Of a stretch of 64,000 nucleotides of DNA, positions 1-13,298 are shown piece after piece. The DNA comes from Paragordius varius (taxonomy: Eukaryota > Animalia > Nematomorpha): the NCBI GenBank assembly GCA_964247055.1, contig OZ176051.1, forward strand, positions 9,920,001-9,984,000, given 5' to 3'. A program made the translations under genes and the position numbers. Position 1 is the first letter of the stretch. Each line of letters opens with the position of its first letter. The notes below the pieces were generated by a model. That model searched no databases. It was not told where the DNA came from and saw nothing but the letters and a program-made list of their open reading frames with translations.

Positions 1-850
1 GTTTTACTGTACTCAAAGCATGGTTAAAGCGGTTTTAAGACCTTTAGATGTTATATACTTTATCTATAAATGGGATATTTTCTCTCAAATATGTTTTAAA
101 CTTCAAGTTTTAAATAATTTATTTAAAGCACAATTTCCATGAAAATTAAATTTGTCGATAAACTACCACAAAATCTTAGGAGCAATGTTTAGCATCATCT
201 TATAGAAAAAGTTGACTTAAATTGTATTTTTAGGGTTTCCATGCTTCAAATTACCATGAAACTCGCTTCACCAAAATTTGTGCCATAAATTAAATTTTTG
301 ATGTCAAAATAAAAAATATTTTCATTGTGGAATCTTGCCAATTTTATATAATTATAAAAAAACTTGCCTATTTTAGACAGTTTCAAAAATTTGAGATGCA
401 GCCCGTATGTTAAAATTCTATAAAAATGTTATTAAGTGATATTTTTCGAATGAAAATTAACTTTTCAATTATAAAATATAAATTATGCCATGATAGGGTA
501 GGGAGCACAGTTACGATTAGCTTAAAAATATTTTTTCAATAGGTTTCGCTTAAATATTATTATAATAAAAAATATGAGAGATCAAATAATTTTTAAAAGA
601 ATCAGACCAAGGAAAGCGAGAGAATTTGAATGTTATAATTTTTAGACATGGGATAAAGTTATTATGATGAGTTTCAGGTACTAGGCTTTTATTTAAAAAG
701 AACCTAATTTTTTATGAGGATTGTAAAAGCTTTGACATTCGCCTGCCCAGTAGAAATGTGATGTTGAAAATTGCGCAGTTTCGGGATACGAACTCTGAAC
801 CACACACACCGTTTAAATGTCCGTTATATAGATTATATCACTGTGTGCAA

Positions 851-1983
851 TAGCTTATGACCAGCGTATTCATTTGCCGTAAAAATTTTTATTTGTTGAC
901 AACCTAGTTTTTGAAATATTGAGAGAAAATCGGAATCGGGCAAAGTATGAAAAAAGATAATTAAGGATCATTTAAAAAATAATGATAAAATTTGAGATAT
1001 TATGGTTTGTTATCATTTTAAAATATATATTCAATATATATAAAGAAAAACCTATAGTTAGGTTACTAAAATCTCAGCTCAAAAGATAGCGTTTTTCTTT
1101 TAACTTACATGAAAACCAAAAAATTTTAATGAAACTATAATAATAAAATACTAATTTTTAATTAATTACTTCCTAAGCTCCCTATTAAAATCTTAACATT
1201 CATATGTTATTCATAAAAAAAACTTATATATCAAAATAAAACCAAAAATACTTTTTTTTATTTTTGGATTTTTTTTGGTTTATGAGTGTATAAAAAATTT
1301 AAATTGTTTTATATTGGAATCTTTTATGAGTGGTAATTATTAAATATATAATTTATGCAAAATAGAATTTAAAAGTAGTGGAATATCATCCAATAAACCT
1401 AACAAATCTCTGTAACAAGTCTGTTATAAGACAAATTAATTATTGGGATTTGTGCGCATTGTTGGTTGATTTTCCATTTAATCCTATTTTGGGTTATATC
1501 ATTTATAATTCGCCTTCAAGTAAGATTCCAAAATAAAACAGTATAAATATTTTATACCCTCATAAACCAGATGACAAATAAATTTAAAAATAAAAAACAA
1601 TATTTTTTGGTTTTATTTTGATATCTATTTTTTTAGTGGAATATGAATGTTAAGATTTTAATAGTGAGTTTAGCTAGTAAAGAATTAAAAAAATATTTAA
1701 ATATAGTAAAAAAATGTCTTTTGAGTGTGTTAAAAAATGCCATCTTTTGAGCTGATATTTTATAGAAACCCTAACTATAATTTTAGGCTATTTATACATT
1801 GGAAATATATCCTAAAATTATAATAAACCATATAATCTCAAATTTTATCATTCTTTTCTGAATTATCCTTAATTATCCTATTTTCACTTTTTGCCCGATT
1901 TAGATTTTCTCTCAATATTTTAAAAACTAGGTTTTCAACAAATAATAATTTTTGGGGCAAATGAATTCGCTGGTTTTAGGCTA
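851..1983. mobile_element. Long diverged inverted repeat (foldback/MITE-like), arms ~851-1395 and ~1465-1983
   Basis: Left arm tagcttatgaccagcgtattcatttgccgtaaaaatttttatttgttgacaacctag aligns to the reverse complement of the right end (tagcctaaaaccagcgaattcatttgccccaaaaattattatttgttgaaaacctag). Similarity continues inward for ~540 bp. No ORF. Confidence 0.75.
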
Positions 1984-2829
1984 TCTCATGAAAAAAAGTA
2001 TTTTTGTTAAAAAAGTTAACCCTCTTTTTTGCACACAATGTATTATACCATAATAGGCAAAATTAATGAATCGGCTAATCCCGCATATTAAGCTGCAATT
2101 TTTTGGGGGAATTTAATTAACTAAATATTTTTGTGAATACATAAATTATATTCAAAAAGTAGAACGAAATTCGTTTGGTTATCATAGAATCGATTTGGTT
2201 TATGGGCCTGATTAATTTAGTGTTTGGAATTTTTTGTTATTATATTATAGTTCTCGGTATAAGTTCTTAGAATATGGGTCAAAATTTACGGTAATATTTT
2301 GCGCAGAAAGCGCTTAATTGATTTTAGGCTTCAATTTAGCATTTGAAGAATTTATTTATGGGTTCATACCGGATATTATTTTATACTCATCTGTATATTT
2401 TATAATCAATTTTTTGTGTAAGATGCCGCTGCACCTGAAAATTTTTATTAAAATTCGTGATAATCGTTTGTAAATTAAAAAAACTTTTAAATTATTTTAA
2501 ATTACAAGATATATAAAATTACATAAAAAAGATATTTTATTATTTAGATGTTTTAAATAAATTGCAGGTGTTATACAATATAACCCAACCTTTATAAAAT
2601 AGTACTAAATTTTGAGATAGAAATTAATATAATCGTTTTTTCAGAATTAATATAAAAAAATCATGCGACTACGGCTTTTTGCGCTACTTAAACGAATTCA
2701 AAAATTAAAATTTTTAGGGGTCTTTCTACAAAAATTATACAAACATCGTTTTGCTTTTACATGTACACGGTGTACCAAAAAAAATGAAATATATATATAT
2801 ATATATATATTCCGATAAGAAAATATATG

Positions 2830-3470
2830 GAATTTCATGATGCATTTTGGGGTTTGCGAGGCATAAAAAATATTTACACTTTTGTGGCAAGTGCTCCATG
2901 TATGACAAAAGCAAAACTTGAGGCTATTTCATAAAATTTTTTTTTATGAAATGCTTCATTCCAAAAAATATTTGTAAAATATATCATAAAATACTTTTAA
3001 GCGCGATAAAATTTTTAATTGTCATCCAAAAAATATTTTTTATCATATTGTTTACACAATTTATTAAAACGATATAGAATCGCTTTTGATATTATAAAAT
3101 ACCTTTTCTATGTAATTTGATGATGCGGAACTTTTCTATCACTTCAAAATTATTAGAGATGTAAAAATGTAACAAAAATTTATTTTATTGACGAATTCCA
3201 GCGTTTTTGCGTATACTATAAAAGAACTACCCCGTTTTAGAAGAGCATTTGTGTTTCGGAGCCCACATCTATAAATTAAAATATAAAAATATTGTTTTGC
3301 TATTTATAAGTAGTTTATAATATTTACTAATATTTTTGGAATGAATTAGCTTTCATTAAAAAAAAATACTGGATAAATTTTGCCATTTTTTTATAGAGCA
3401 CTTACCACAAATAAAAATAACTTTCTATCCCTCGAAAGCCCCAAAACCTAAAGCACCATGATAATCCTGA
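2830..3470. mobile_element. MITE family B copy (~90-bp TIR with catggtgc-ttt(t/a)ggtttt...acttttgtggc-a-gtgctcca motif)
   Basis: Inverted ends at ~2830-2900 and ~3395-3470. The same motif recurs at 10671-11133, 18781-18853, 20690-20730, 34060-34140, 34660-34750 and 38265-38340. Confidence 0.6.
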
Positions 3471-3699
3471 TACAATTTTTTATCTTTACCAAGATGTTTT
3501 TCCCCCGATTTTATACTGTGTATATATTATTAAGATTTATTTTTAAAATATTTTACCTTTTAAATAAAAAATTAGCTAAGTAAGAAATATTTTTATGAGC
3601 TCGATAACCCTTCCCAAAATTACACCGTTCCGACTCCTCTACTTAGTTTTAAAATAATGTTATTTCCGTCACAGTTAACTTATATATATATATATATAA

Positions 3700-5300
3700 C
3701 TAGCGTAAATCTCGTGCTGCTACGGAGCCCGAGGAAGTCGTTCGGACTTCTGGGGGATGGGGGGGGGGGGGCTCTTTATAAAAAAGGGAGAATACAATCA
3801 TCCACATATGTAAATTATTTCGAAACAAAATTTAATAGCTATAATCTCATAAGAATTTCAAAACGGTGCATTCATAGTAATATATTGTTTATTGGGGGGG
3901 AAATCGATTCAAAAAATTATTTTTGTGGACTTTGTTTTTTTGAAAAAATGGCATTTTACGGGGGTTGCGGGTAAAAAGAGGGCCTAAATAAAAAAGGTGA
4001 GTCGACTCTGTTAGGCGCGATCAAAAATAAGTAAACAAAAATCATATTTGAAATTGAATGGTCCAACACGTTCTCCAGAAAATTGTCTCAAAGACACGAT
4101 TTTTGTGGAATTCTGTTTTCAAAAAAAACGTTTTTCATACGGGGTAGACCTGAACTGGGGGCCTATTTCAAAAAAAGGGCGAAGCTATTGTCGGGGCATT
4201 CATTAATGATTATATTTTTTCAGTGTTTGGATTTGAATGGGTCTACCGGTTTTCCGGTACCAGATCACAGAGCCAGCATTTTCCATTTTTATAAATATAT
4301 AGATTACCATAAATAATGTTTTTTTATCCATATATTATTTAACATCCTATACATATGATAACTCCTTACTCAGCAGCTATCATCAAAGAAACGCTTGACT
4401 AAAATTTTTGGTTTTTATCAGATAATACGAAAAATCCTCATTAAATTTTTACAGTCTCATACCTTATTTTTTTGAAAAAATGGCATTTTACGGGGGTAGC
4501 GGGTAAAAAGAGGGCCTAAATCAAAAAAGTGAGTCGACTATGTTAAGCGCGATCAAAAATAAGACAAAAATCATATTTGAAATTGAATGGTCCAACACGT
4601 TCTCCGGAAAATTTTCTTAACCTGTTTTTTACACGGGGTATGCGCGAACTGGGGACCTAATTCCAAAAAAGGGCCAAGCTATAGTCGGGACATTTATTAA
4701 TGACTATATTTTTTCGATAATTGGATTTGATTGGGTTCACCGGTTTTTCGGAAACAGATCACAAAGTTACATGAGGAATGAGTTTTTAGCGGGTAGCTCT
4801 TCACCCAGTAGCTATCATCAAAGAAACTTTTGACTCAAATTTTTGCCTTTTAACAGGGAATATGTGGAATCCTTAAAGAATTTTTACAGTCTCATACCTA
4901 GGGCGAAAAATAGATTTAAAAATTGTAGACTTTGTTTTCTGAAAAAATGGCATTTTACGGGGGGAGTGGGTAAAACAGGGCCTAAATCACAAAAGCGAGA
5001 CGACTATGTTGGGCGTAATTGAAAATAAGTAAACAAAAATCATATTTGAAATTGAATGGTGTAACACGTTCTCCAGAAAATTGTCGCAAAGACACGATTT
5101 TTGTGGACTTCTATTTTCAAAAAAACCCGTTTTTCACACGGGGTGGGCCCGAACTGGGGGCCTATTTCAAAAAAAGGGCCAAGCCTTTGTCGTGCATTCA
5201 TTAATGATTATATTTTTTCAGTGTTTGGATTTGAATGGGTCTACCGGTTTTCTGGTACCAGATCACAAAGTCAGCATTTTCCATTTTTTTAAATATTAGA
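3700..5300 (-). mobile_element. Non-autonomous Helitron-like element, copy 1 (three ~0.4-0.55 kb internal monomers)
   Basis: On the minus strand it starts A|TCTAATATTTAAAAAAATGG at 5300 and ends with GC-rich hairpins then ...gatttacgCTAG|T at 3700. It sits between A and T with no TSD, has an internal second 5'-terminal motif at 4303, and is homologous to 39359-46703. Confidence 0.8.
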
Positions 5301-6539
5301 TTAGATAAATTTACAGCTATTGTTGCCAAATTTTTTCCTAAATTTTAATCATTACATAAAATTTAAAAAATATTTGGTGGTGTTTGAGTTGGTTTATTAC
5401 CTTCATTCTTTTGATAATCGCCCCAAAAAAATTTGTTTTATCCAATATCATAATAGGTATTTAAAGTATTCATATTTTAAAAATTTTGTGGCAGAATACT
5501 ACCCGAAATAAATAAGTGTTAAAGGATTTGTTCTTTTGAAAATTATATTTATAATGTGTTTACAATAAATATATAATTAAAATTGAGCCCAGCATATCAT
5601 ATAACAAAGGCGTGATGTACAGCACTATTTCATGTAAACATGCTTTTTTATAGGATAAAATCTAATTTCTCAAGGGCCGTGCACCATACAGTACCAACTA
5701 TTATTGCTTTGATAAATATACAAGTATTATTTACTCCTAAATATGTCAAAAATTTAAATAGAGCCATAAACATCACTATGGCACATCAAATCCATGGGCC
5801 GCGGTCTGAGTACCACTTCTCCTAAAAGATTGGAAAATAAACCGAAAACGCAGAGATATTGCGATAATTTTTATCATATGGTAATATATGACGACAAAAC
5901 GAATTTTTGAATAGAGGCATTGCCTTAAAAAGTTTCGTTTGCTTATCACTTTTATATTTTTCAAAAAGATTACAATTTCTCCCTTATCCTATCACTAAAA
6001 ATTAAAAATTAAGAGTTGAAATCAGCACCATCAAGATTGGTTTTAGAAGTTAAATGCCTCACAATCTTAGAAATATTAAATGGCAAATTAATTTTTGTTA
6101 AAAAATGTAATTTTTTTTGGAAAATTCACAATTATTATTAAAAACTATGAGCTGTCCTTGAAAAAACCGAAAAAGCCGAGATTGGGCGATAAAAATTAAC
6201 TATATTATACCAACAATACTTTACATGCTGTTGAAGTGATAAATTAGCCATTTATTTTGGAATGAATAAAGCAACTTTGAAATATATAGGCAATTCACCA
6301 GAATCATGAATAAATATATACAAACAATCATAATTGTTATATGTACAATTGGAGGCATACAACAGATGATTAACATAAGTTTTTATGCATTGTGTTATAA
6401 ACATGAATCAATTTTTACCCATATAAAATTTATATGTATACGTATAGAGTCAGTTATGGAAAACAAATGCTTTTTTATAGAGGCTTATATTGGTGGAGGT
6501 ATATAAATTACAATTTTACAATGAGAACATATAAACGTT

Positions 6540-9500
6540 TTAGGCAGTAGGATTTTTCGGACGATATTTATCAACTAAATTTTTGTAAAAGGTGGAATTG
6601 ATAAATCTTGGATAGGAATCACGATGCATCAAAGTGTAAATTTGTAATTGGGCTTCGTCAAATGTTTCACGAGAAGGCTCAATCATTTTACGATTTATAA
6701 GTTCTCGAACCCGAGAATCCAAACTGACCTGTATTTCATTTAAAAAATATAATATAATTTTAAATGTAAAATAGGAGGATTAAAAGAAATATAACCATCT
6801 AAAAATATATCCCATAATAAAAAATCAGTGTAAAGGAAGTTAAACTTTGATTAACCCGTCTATAAAGTAGCGTGTGCTATTCAGCTTTGATTAATGCTTA
6901 AATTTGGCTGATAATTGAATTACATTGAATGGCTAACTTTTAACACCTTGCCATTTTTATCATGGATACAAATCGCTAAACTAACATTTATTATTGTATG
7001 AAAATATTGACAGTTATAAAATATGCACCTTGGAAAATATTACCCTTTTTATAAGATTAAAATTCTAAATTTTTACGAATTCGTGGCTAACTATTGCAGA
7101 ATATTATATTTCTGAGTGATTATTTCAAAACTTGTATTTATACGATATATAAATAAATGATTGGGTTAAACATAGAAAAGATTTATTTAAATAATTATCT
7201 CGACCATGAGTATGATTTTATAGAAATGTAAGGCCTCAATTCACATTTATGAAAATTTCTTAAAACATTTGGTTTAAAAAATCGATTTTAATATCTTTGT
7301 GATAAAAATTAGAGTTTTAACATTAATCGTAAAAAAATCGATCGCCCAAAACCAATGTATACCAAAGGATGAGTTTACTGATTAAAATATTTTTAAACCT
7401 TTTATAATATATAGCTGTTTAGTCTCAAAATAGCAAACAATATCAAAAATATAAATAAAATCTATTTTCAGCCACATTGTCAAGTTTTTAGATTGACATA
7501 AGTTTTAACGACTAAATTTGGCATAGATTGCCTGATCTTTTCAGACTTTTGTTAATATATTTTTTTACTTGATTGGTAGTTATAAAAACAATTGAATAAT
7601 TTGTTTCGTAAAAACCTCTTTAGGAGACAGAATGGAAATGTAATCTTCATAAATCATCCGAGCCTTTTCCTCAATAGCTTCCTGATTTTCTTCTTTCCTT
7701 AACTCTTCACACGCCATCCAAAACAACATGTTCTCTTCACTGTATTCATGCTTCAAAAATTCTCGGAATGTATTACGTCCACCTACAATTTAATGTTATA
7801 GTTTTTAAAAAAATTTAATGGCTTTAATAGATTTTTACAATTTCTGTTAGATGAGTGCAATTACAATTTACCTGCAAACAGGGATTCATATTACCATACA
7901 AAGTAAATCAATATAAAATGATTTTGGCTTTAGTTATTAATATATGTTTCCAGCTTAATTCTCTTGTGTATTTTAAAAAGGCTTCAAGGTCCACCACACA
8001 TTTATGTTATTTGAAGGTTACACATATTCTTTTTTATAGTAATATATAAAAAGTTTTAACAAAATTTTTGCTTATTCTTATGAGTTATTACATAACGTTT
8101 ATTAAAACCATAAATATTACCAGGAGTTTAATTTGGATTACACATTTAATTTGAGAAAATTTATGTTATACTCTTGTATTTTCAAAATTTGCAAATTAAT
8201 TAAAAATGAATTCAGTGATTAATTTATAAAAAAATAATTAATTTTGTCATAAAATATGCAATTGGGTATTTTATACACGTTATATTCATAACAAAAAAAT
8301 CGAATGTGATTAATTTGAAAGTAAATCATCCAAAATCAAAAAATGTCTATAGGACTGCAAATACTAAAATAAAAAATTCATCACACTATCAGTAAAAACT
8401 CTATGGTTCGCCCAACGCCTGAAACTATATCCATATGATTAAAGCATTTTGTAATGGAAGATTTAATTGTTTTGTTCATTTATAATTGATTTTGTTTTAG
8501 ATTTTTTAAATAAAGTATATTCCAAAAAACATATATAGTATCTTATTTCAAAAAAAACATAAGTGAAGTGGCGATTTTTTCATTGTATTTAATTAAAAAA
8601 TTTTTTTTATATTATATCACCTTAAAATAACCCGATCAGAATAATATAATAATCAAATTTAAGCCGTAAAATCCATATCAATATATTATTATGCGAAACT
8701 TCCTAATACACTAAACCAAAATTATTAAATTAAACCATACTTAGCTGTCATCAGGTTAATTAAAAGTCCATTTATCAAAAAAGCTAAATACAAAGATAAA
8801 AAATATTTAAAAATAATTACACGGTGTTTTCATTAATCGATCAAAGGATGTTTCCCAGGCCTTTATTTCGTCGTAGGATAGCCTGTGAAATGATATAAAA
8901 AGTAAAATATTTTAACATATACTAATTATTATTTTTTTAATTAAAATAAATGTTTTCCTATTTTTCCCTAAAAAATATATTATAAGGCGTACTGTTCAAT
9001 TTCTGCTATGGAGCCTTGTTTGGATTCGCGCTTTTTAATACTATTTTTGCGTTCATTGACCAGAGGTAGCCTAGATTATTTTGAATATTGCAAAAATATA
9101 AAATTAGTTTTTTTAATTAAAATATAAGCCGGGATAAAAAATATATTTTATATATGAAATCTTTAACAGGATGTTAAAAAATATCACAAATCTCAATTTT
9201 ACTAAAATATTGAAAAAAATTCTAATTTATTGCGCTCATCAACGAATTTTAACATTGACAATTATGGAAATATAATTTTTATAAATTATTTCCTATACTT
9301 GTCTTAAACAAAATGGCAATATATTTTTCTCAGGATATCAAAAAATCAGTAGGAGCTTTAAAAAGTCTGCTAAAAACAGCTCTTGCCCACAAAAATTTAA
9401 AATTAAAGTATTTAAAATTAAATTTGTCCTCAAACTCAGAGTAATTAAAATAGAAAGTAGTATAAATAAAATTTTTGTTTAAACTACTCATCTTTCTTAA

Positions 9501-12500
9501 TTTCATAGCAACTTATTTAGTATAACAGATTATACCAGGAACATTTGCAACAGCCACACCAACAGAAACAACATTTCCTATCCGGCTTTGAGATGCTTAT
9601 GTTTGTTTGAGATCTTCGACCCACACCTGGGCCCAAGTATGGTTGGTCCGCCGCATCAATCGGAACCGGTTTGTTGTGTTTATGAATGATTCCACCACTA
9701 GATTTCGAAAGGGAAATGATCGATGAATTAGCCGGTTGAGATGAACGAGCTGCAGTTTTAACACGCTGACCACTGCTACTTCCAGAGGATGGTTTGCTTT
9801 GACTCACTCGATTGATATTATTTGAATGAGTTTTGGAGTTGCGTGGTCCCTTGGGCTCCTCCTCACTTTTGGGTTGATGATGTTTTAAATTAACACTAAC
9901 ACTACTATCCTTAATACTGTTCTCATTAAGTTTTGTATTTGTGCCTGATTCGATTGTCGGAGAATGAATTGTCGATTTTACCCGTGATATATTGTTATCG
10001 TTATTAATAGGTATGGAAGATTTGATAGTTGTCGGTGTAGAAACTGTATTCGTTTCTCTCACCATTGGACTATGGATAGAATCTTTTGCGAAATACGAAG
10101 GAGTATTGCCAGAAGTATTTACATTATGGCCCACCGCATTTTCCGCACCATTTGCTCCATTTTCTATATTAGTACCTTTACCATTATTTACATTGTTTGA
10201 TAGATTTGTCTCTGAGGGTGAAGTATTGGATGGCTTCTCGTTGACACCGACGTTATCACTTTCTTCCGCATTGTTATTATTTTGATTATTGTTTTTAGCT
10301 CCATAGAATGATTCACTCCACAGTTCTGGTCCATATGTTTCTGAGGATTCTGATGTCGTTTTTATCCGTGATTCTGAGATAGTTTTGTAAATTAAGATTA
10401 TAATTATATAGATATTAAGTGGTGATTACTTTGGGGAGTTTATGATTCAAAAATTATTGGTTTACTCAAATTTAAGTAGATCAAATTTAAATGTAGTTTT
10501 TTAAATTTATTTCTTCCAAACAAAGTTGTATTAAAGAATATATAATATTATTTAGTATAATTTATACAAAAGTTATCTGTATTTAAATCATATGCCCTAT
10601 TATTAATTAATACTGTGCCCGAAATCGGGGGTTAAAAAATAACCTAGAAAGTATATATATTCCTAAGATAAATGTTCAGGATTTTCATGGTGTTTTTGGT
10701 TATGGGACTTACGAGTAATTTAAAAAAGTTATTTGCACTTTTGTGGTTATTGCTCGATATCATATAATCGCATAATTATCGCACGTTGTTGAATAATTCT
10801 TTGGCTAGAATGCTTTATTCCAAAAATATCAATAAAAATAAATTTAAGACAATAACTTTAGTGGACCCCAAAAATCCCAAATTTTTGAGCCCTTCCAAAA
10901 TGACTTCTTATAGTGATTTTATACCGTTTCCACTGCCTCAATATACTATAATACTCGCTACATCAAAACTTTGCCATATTTAATTTTCAAGAAAAATATC
11001 CATTTTTTCGAAGGCTTTTTTCAAAAAACTTAGCAATATTTCTGATATGGAGTGGCTAGCACAAAAGTATAAATAACTTTTTTAAATTACTGGTAAGGGT
11101 TAAAACCAAAAGCACCATGATAATTTCTCATATGCGATTATGTTTGATCTATTAATCTCTAATAGCACATATTTGGAAGAGATTGGAAAGCATTTTAACA
11201 AATCTTTAAATGATAAATTGGTAACATCGACTCCAAAAAAATAATAAATTAAAATGTAATTAATTTTTTAATCAGATTACATAAAACGATCCAATAAATC
11301 AAGAGCGTTAATTTTATAAAAAATTTATAAACATTCCTTTCATGTTTATATTATGAAAAAAGCATAAGAATATCAGTTATTTAATAAAATATTTTGATGA
11401 TAAAAATTAAAATCAAATACCAACGCTCTTTTACATTTTTTGAGCAAAAATTATTTACATACATAGCATAGTTTGCATCTTTTGCAATTTTAAAACTTTA
11501 ATAAGAGCTATTCAGCATTTCTATTAATTTATAATATAAAGTCTACCTTTTTGTATATTCCAAAAATCTATTTTGGACAGGAAGCTGTTTTAAAAGTTTT
11601 TATTTCATAAATAAAACTTAAAATTACAAGTTATTTTATGATGAAAAATACATAGGTGTTATGCTTGTGTTATAATTTGATCCGATATTTAAAAATTGAG
11701 GCAGCTAAAATATATTTTTGTTTTTTAAATTATATGAAATTCTGTGTGAAATATCATAACCTTGGTCCAAATGATGAATCATATGATTTTATTAAAAAAT
11801 CAACCATATGGATAAAATTTTAATTTTTTTAAAATAATTATAACTGGTTTTTATATTTTGAAGGCCTCATTTTTTAATTACGAAATGAAATAAAATGCAA
11901 AATACCATCATGAACCTAACACACCCCTGAATTCAAACACCGAATATTTTAAAATCACCCTGGATATTTATAGTACAACCCAAAATAAATAAGGTGTTTT
12001 TAAAAATTAGCTATTTTAATATTTTTAAAAAATTAAATTTCGTTTAAAATTAACATTTAGAAAAAATAAGAAATCAACTATCCATAGAGAAATATTATAT
12101 ATTAATAATGAGTTATAAATAACTTAAATCCTAATTTATTTTTCGGGTTAATAGTAATATTAAGGGTGAATAGAAATGTTGAAGGCTGAATTCGATTAAA
12201 TTGTATATTTAAAATCATCTGTTGATTAATTTGCAATTTTAAAGGATAACTCACTGTAAATAAGCTGACTATTATGACTCCAAGTTTAACTATACAGGCA
12301 TGTCTGTATTTAATTTTGTAAAGACAATTATATCAAAGAAATTAAGAATATATACCCAGTTGGGGCACAGTCAAAATAATATTTTCCAAAGCTTCAGAAG
12401 AGCCAGAAAAACTTGACGATGTCGTAGTAGTTTGTGGTGTACATAAAAATGTATCAGTAGATTTGTTTTGTAAATGCATTAAGGATAAGGAATTCTTGGA

Positions 12501-13298
12501 ATTATTAAGTAGAGATAAAGACGCAGTCGAATAAATACAAGACTTACTGTCATGGTTAGTGTCAACAATAGAGTGAGATGAAATGGTACAAAATAAATCT
12601 TGTGTTTGGGTAAGTTCCATGCCAATTTCACTCCTATCATCGTTAAAATAAATTTGTGGCACCTCATAGTTGAATGACCAATATGGATCATGCTTAATAC
12701 TATTATGACAACATGAAATGGAACTGGTGAATTTCGGATTAGACTTTGAATTTAATAAGTTTGTATGATGATAAGAATATTTCTCATTGAATCCATCAGT
12801 AATTTTGGTTGTATTAGAATCTATGTCTTCACAACAAGAATGATCAATACAATCCACAAAGTTATCGAAGACACTATTAAAATCTGTTTCATGGAAAATA
12901 CTTAGACTTGACCTGGCAGAATTGGAAGTTTTCCATTTAGATTCTGATGTACCTGGCAATCTTCTCTTACAGTTCGGACATTTGTGACAGGATGAATTCG
13001 CTTGGATATCAAAATATTCTGTATCTGAATCGAATGTTGAATTATCTAATTCCTTATAATTGCCGTAACTTTTGACCTTTTTAATCTTTTTTATGTTGTT
13101 TACCCGTACTGACGTTAACATTTGTGCCATAAAATTATTGTTATTTGGTGAATGTGATTTATAGCTTGTTCGACATTGCAAAGATTCAGGACAATGGTTA
13201 TTGGAAAAAGCTGGTGTTGTACTTTTACGATATTTCAGGAGTGGTATATTGTCAGAACTCAGAGCCAAAAATGTTTCACAGGCGTAGGGGAGTAGCAT
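6540..13298 (-). CDS. RGS17/19/20-like: Regulator of G-protein signalling, RZ family (cysteine string + RGS box), predicted ~766 aa
   Basis: Exons (minus): 13298-12356, 10373-9536, 9511-9488, 9070-8993, 8882-8821, 7782-7616, 6728-6540. All are GT-AG and phases are consistent (sum 2301 nt). Encodes CCFCWCGCCKCSC and WETSFDRLMKTPCGRNTFREFLKHEYSEENMLFWMACEE...VSLDSRVRE...QIYTLMHRDSYPRF. Joining the first exon rests on phase compatibility only. Confidence 0.88.
9512..9535 (-). other. 24-nt GT-AG intron in RGS gene
   Basis: GTATAATCTGTTATACTAAATAAG. Retention gives an in-frame TAA; removal links the cysteine string to the downstream exons in frame. Confidence 0.7.
10671..11133. mobile_element. 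MITE family B copy inside RGS intron
   Basis: ~90-bp terminal inverted repeats (tcatggtgtttttggtt...aaaaaagttatttgcacttttgtgg versus its reverse complement at 11044-11133). Confidence 0.7.

Noticed and set aside
646-853. Exon-like segments (ag...gt) with short open frames
   Set aside because: No consistent multi-exon frame or recognisable protein.
9992-10285. 97-aa plus-strand ORF
   Set aside because: Antisense shadow of the RGS coding exon. The same applies to the antisense ORFs over the hAT transposase, the LINE and the cholinesterase-like exons.
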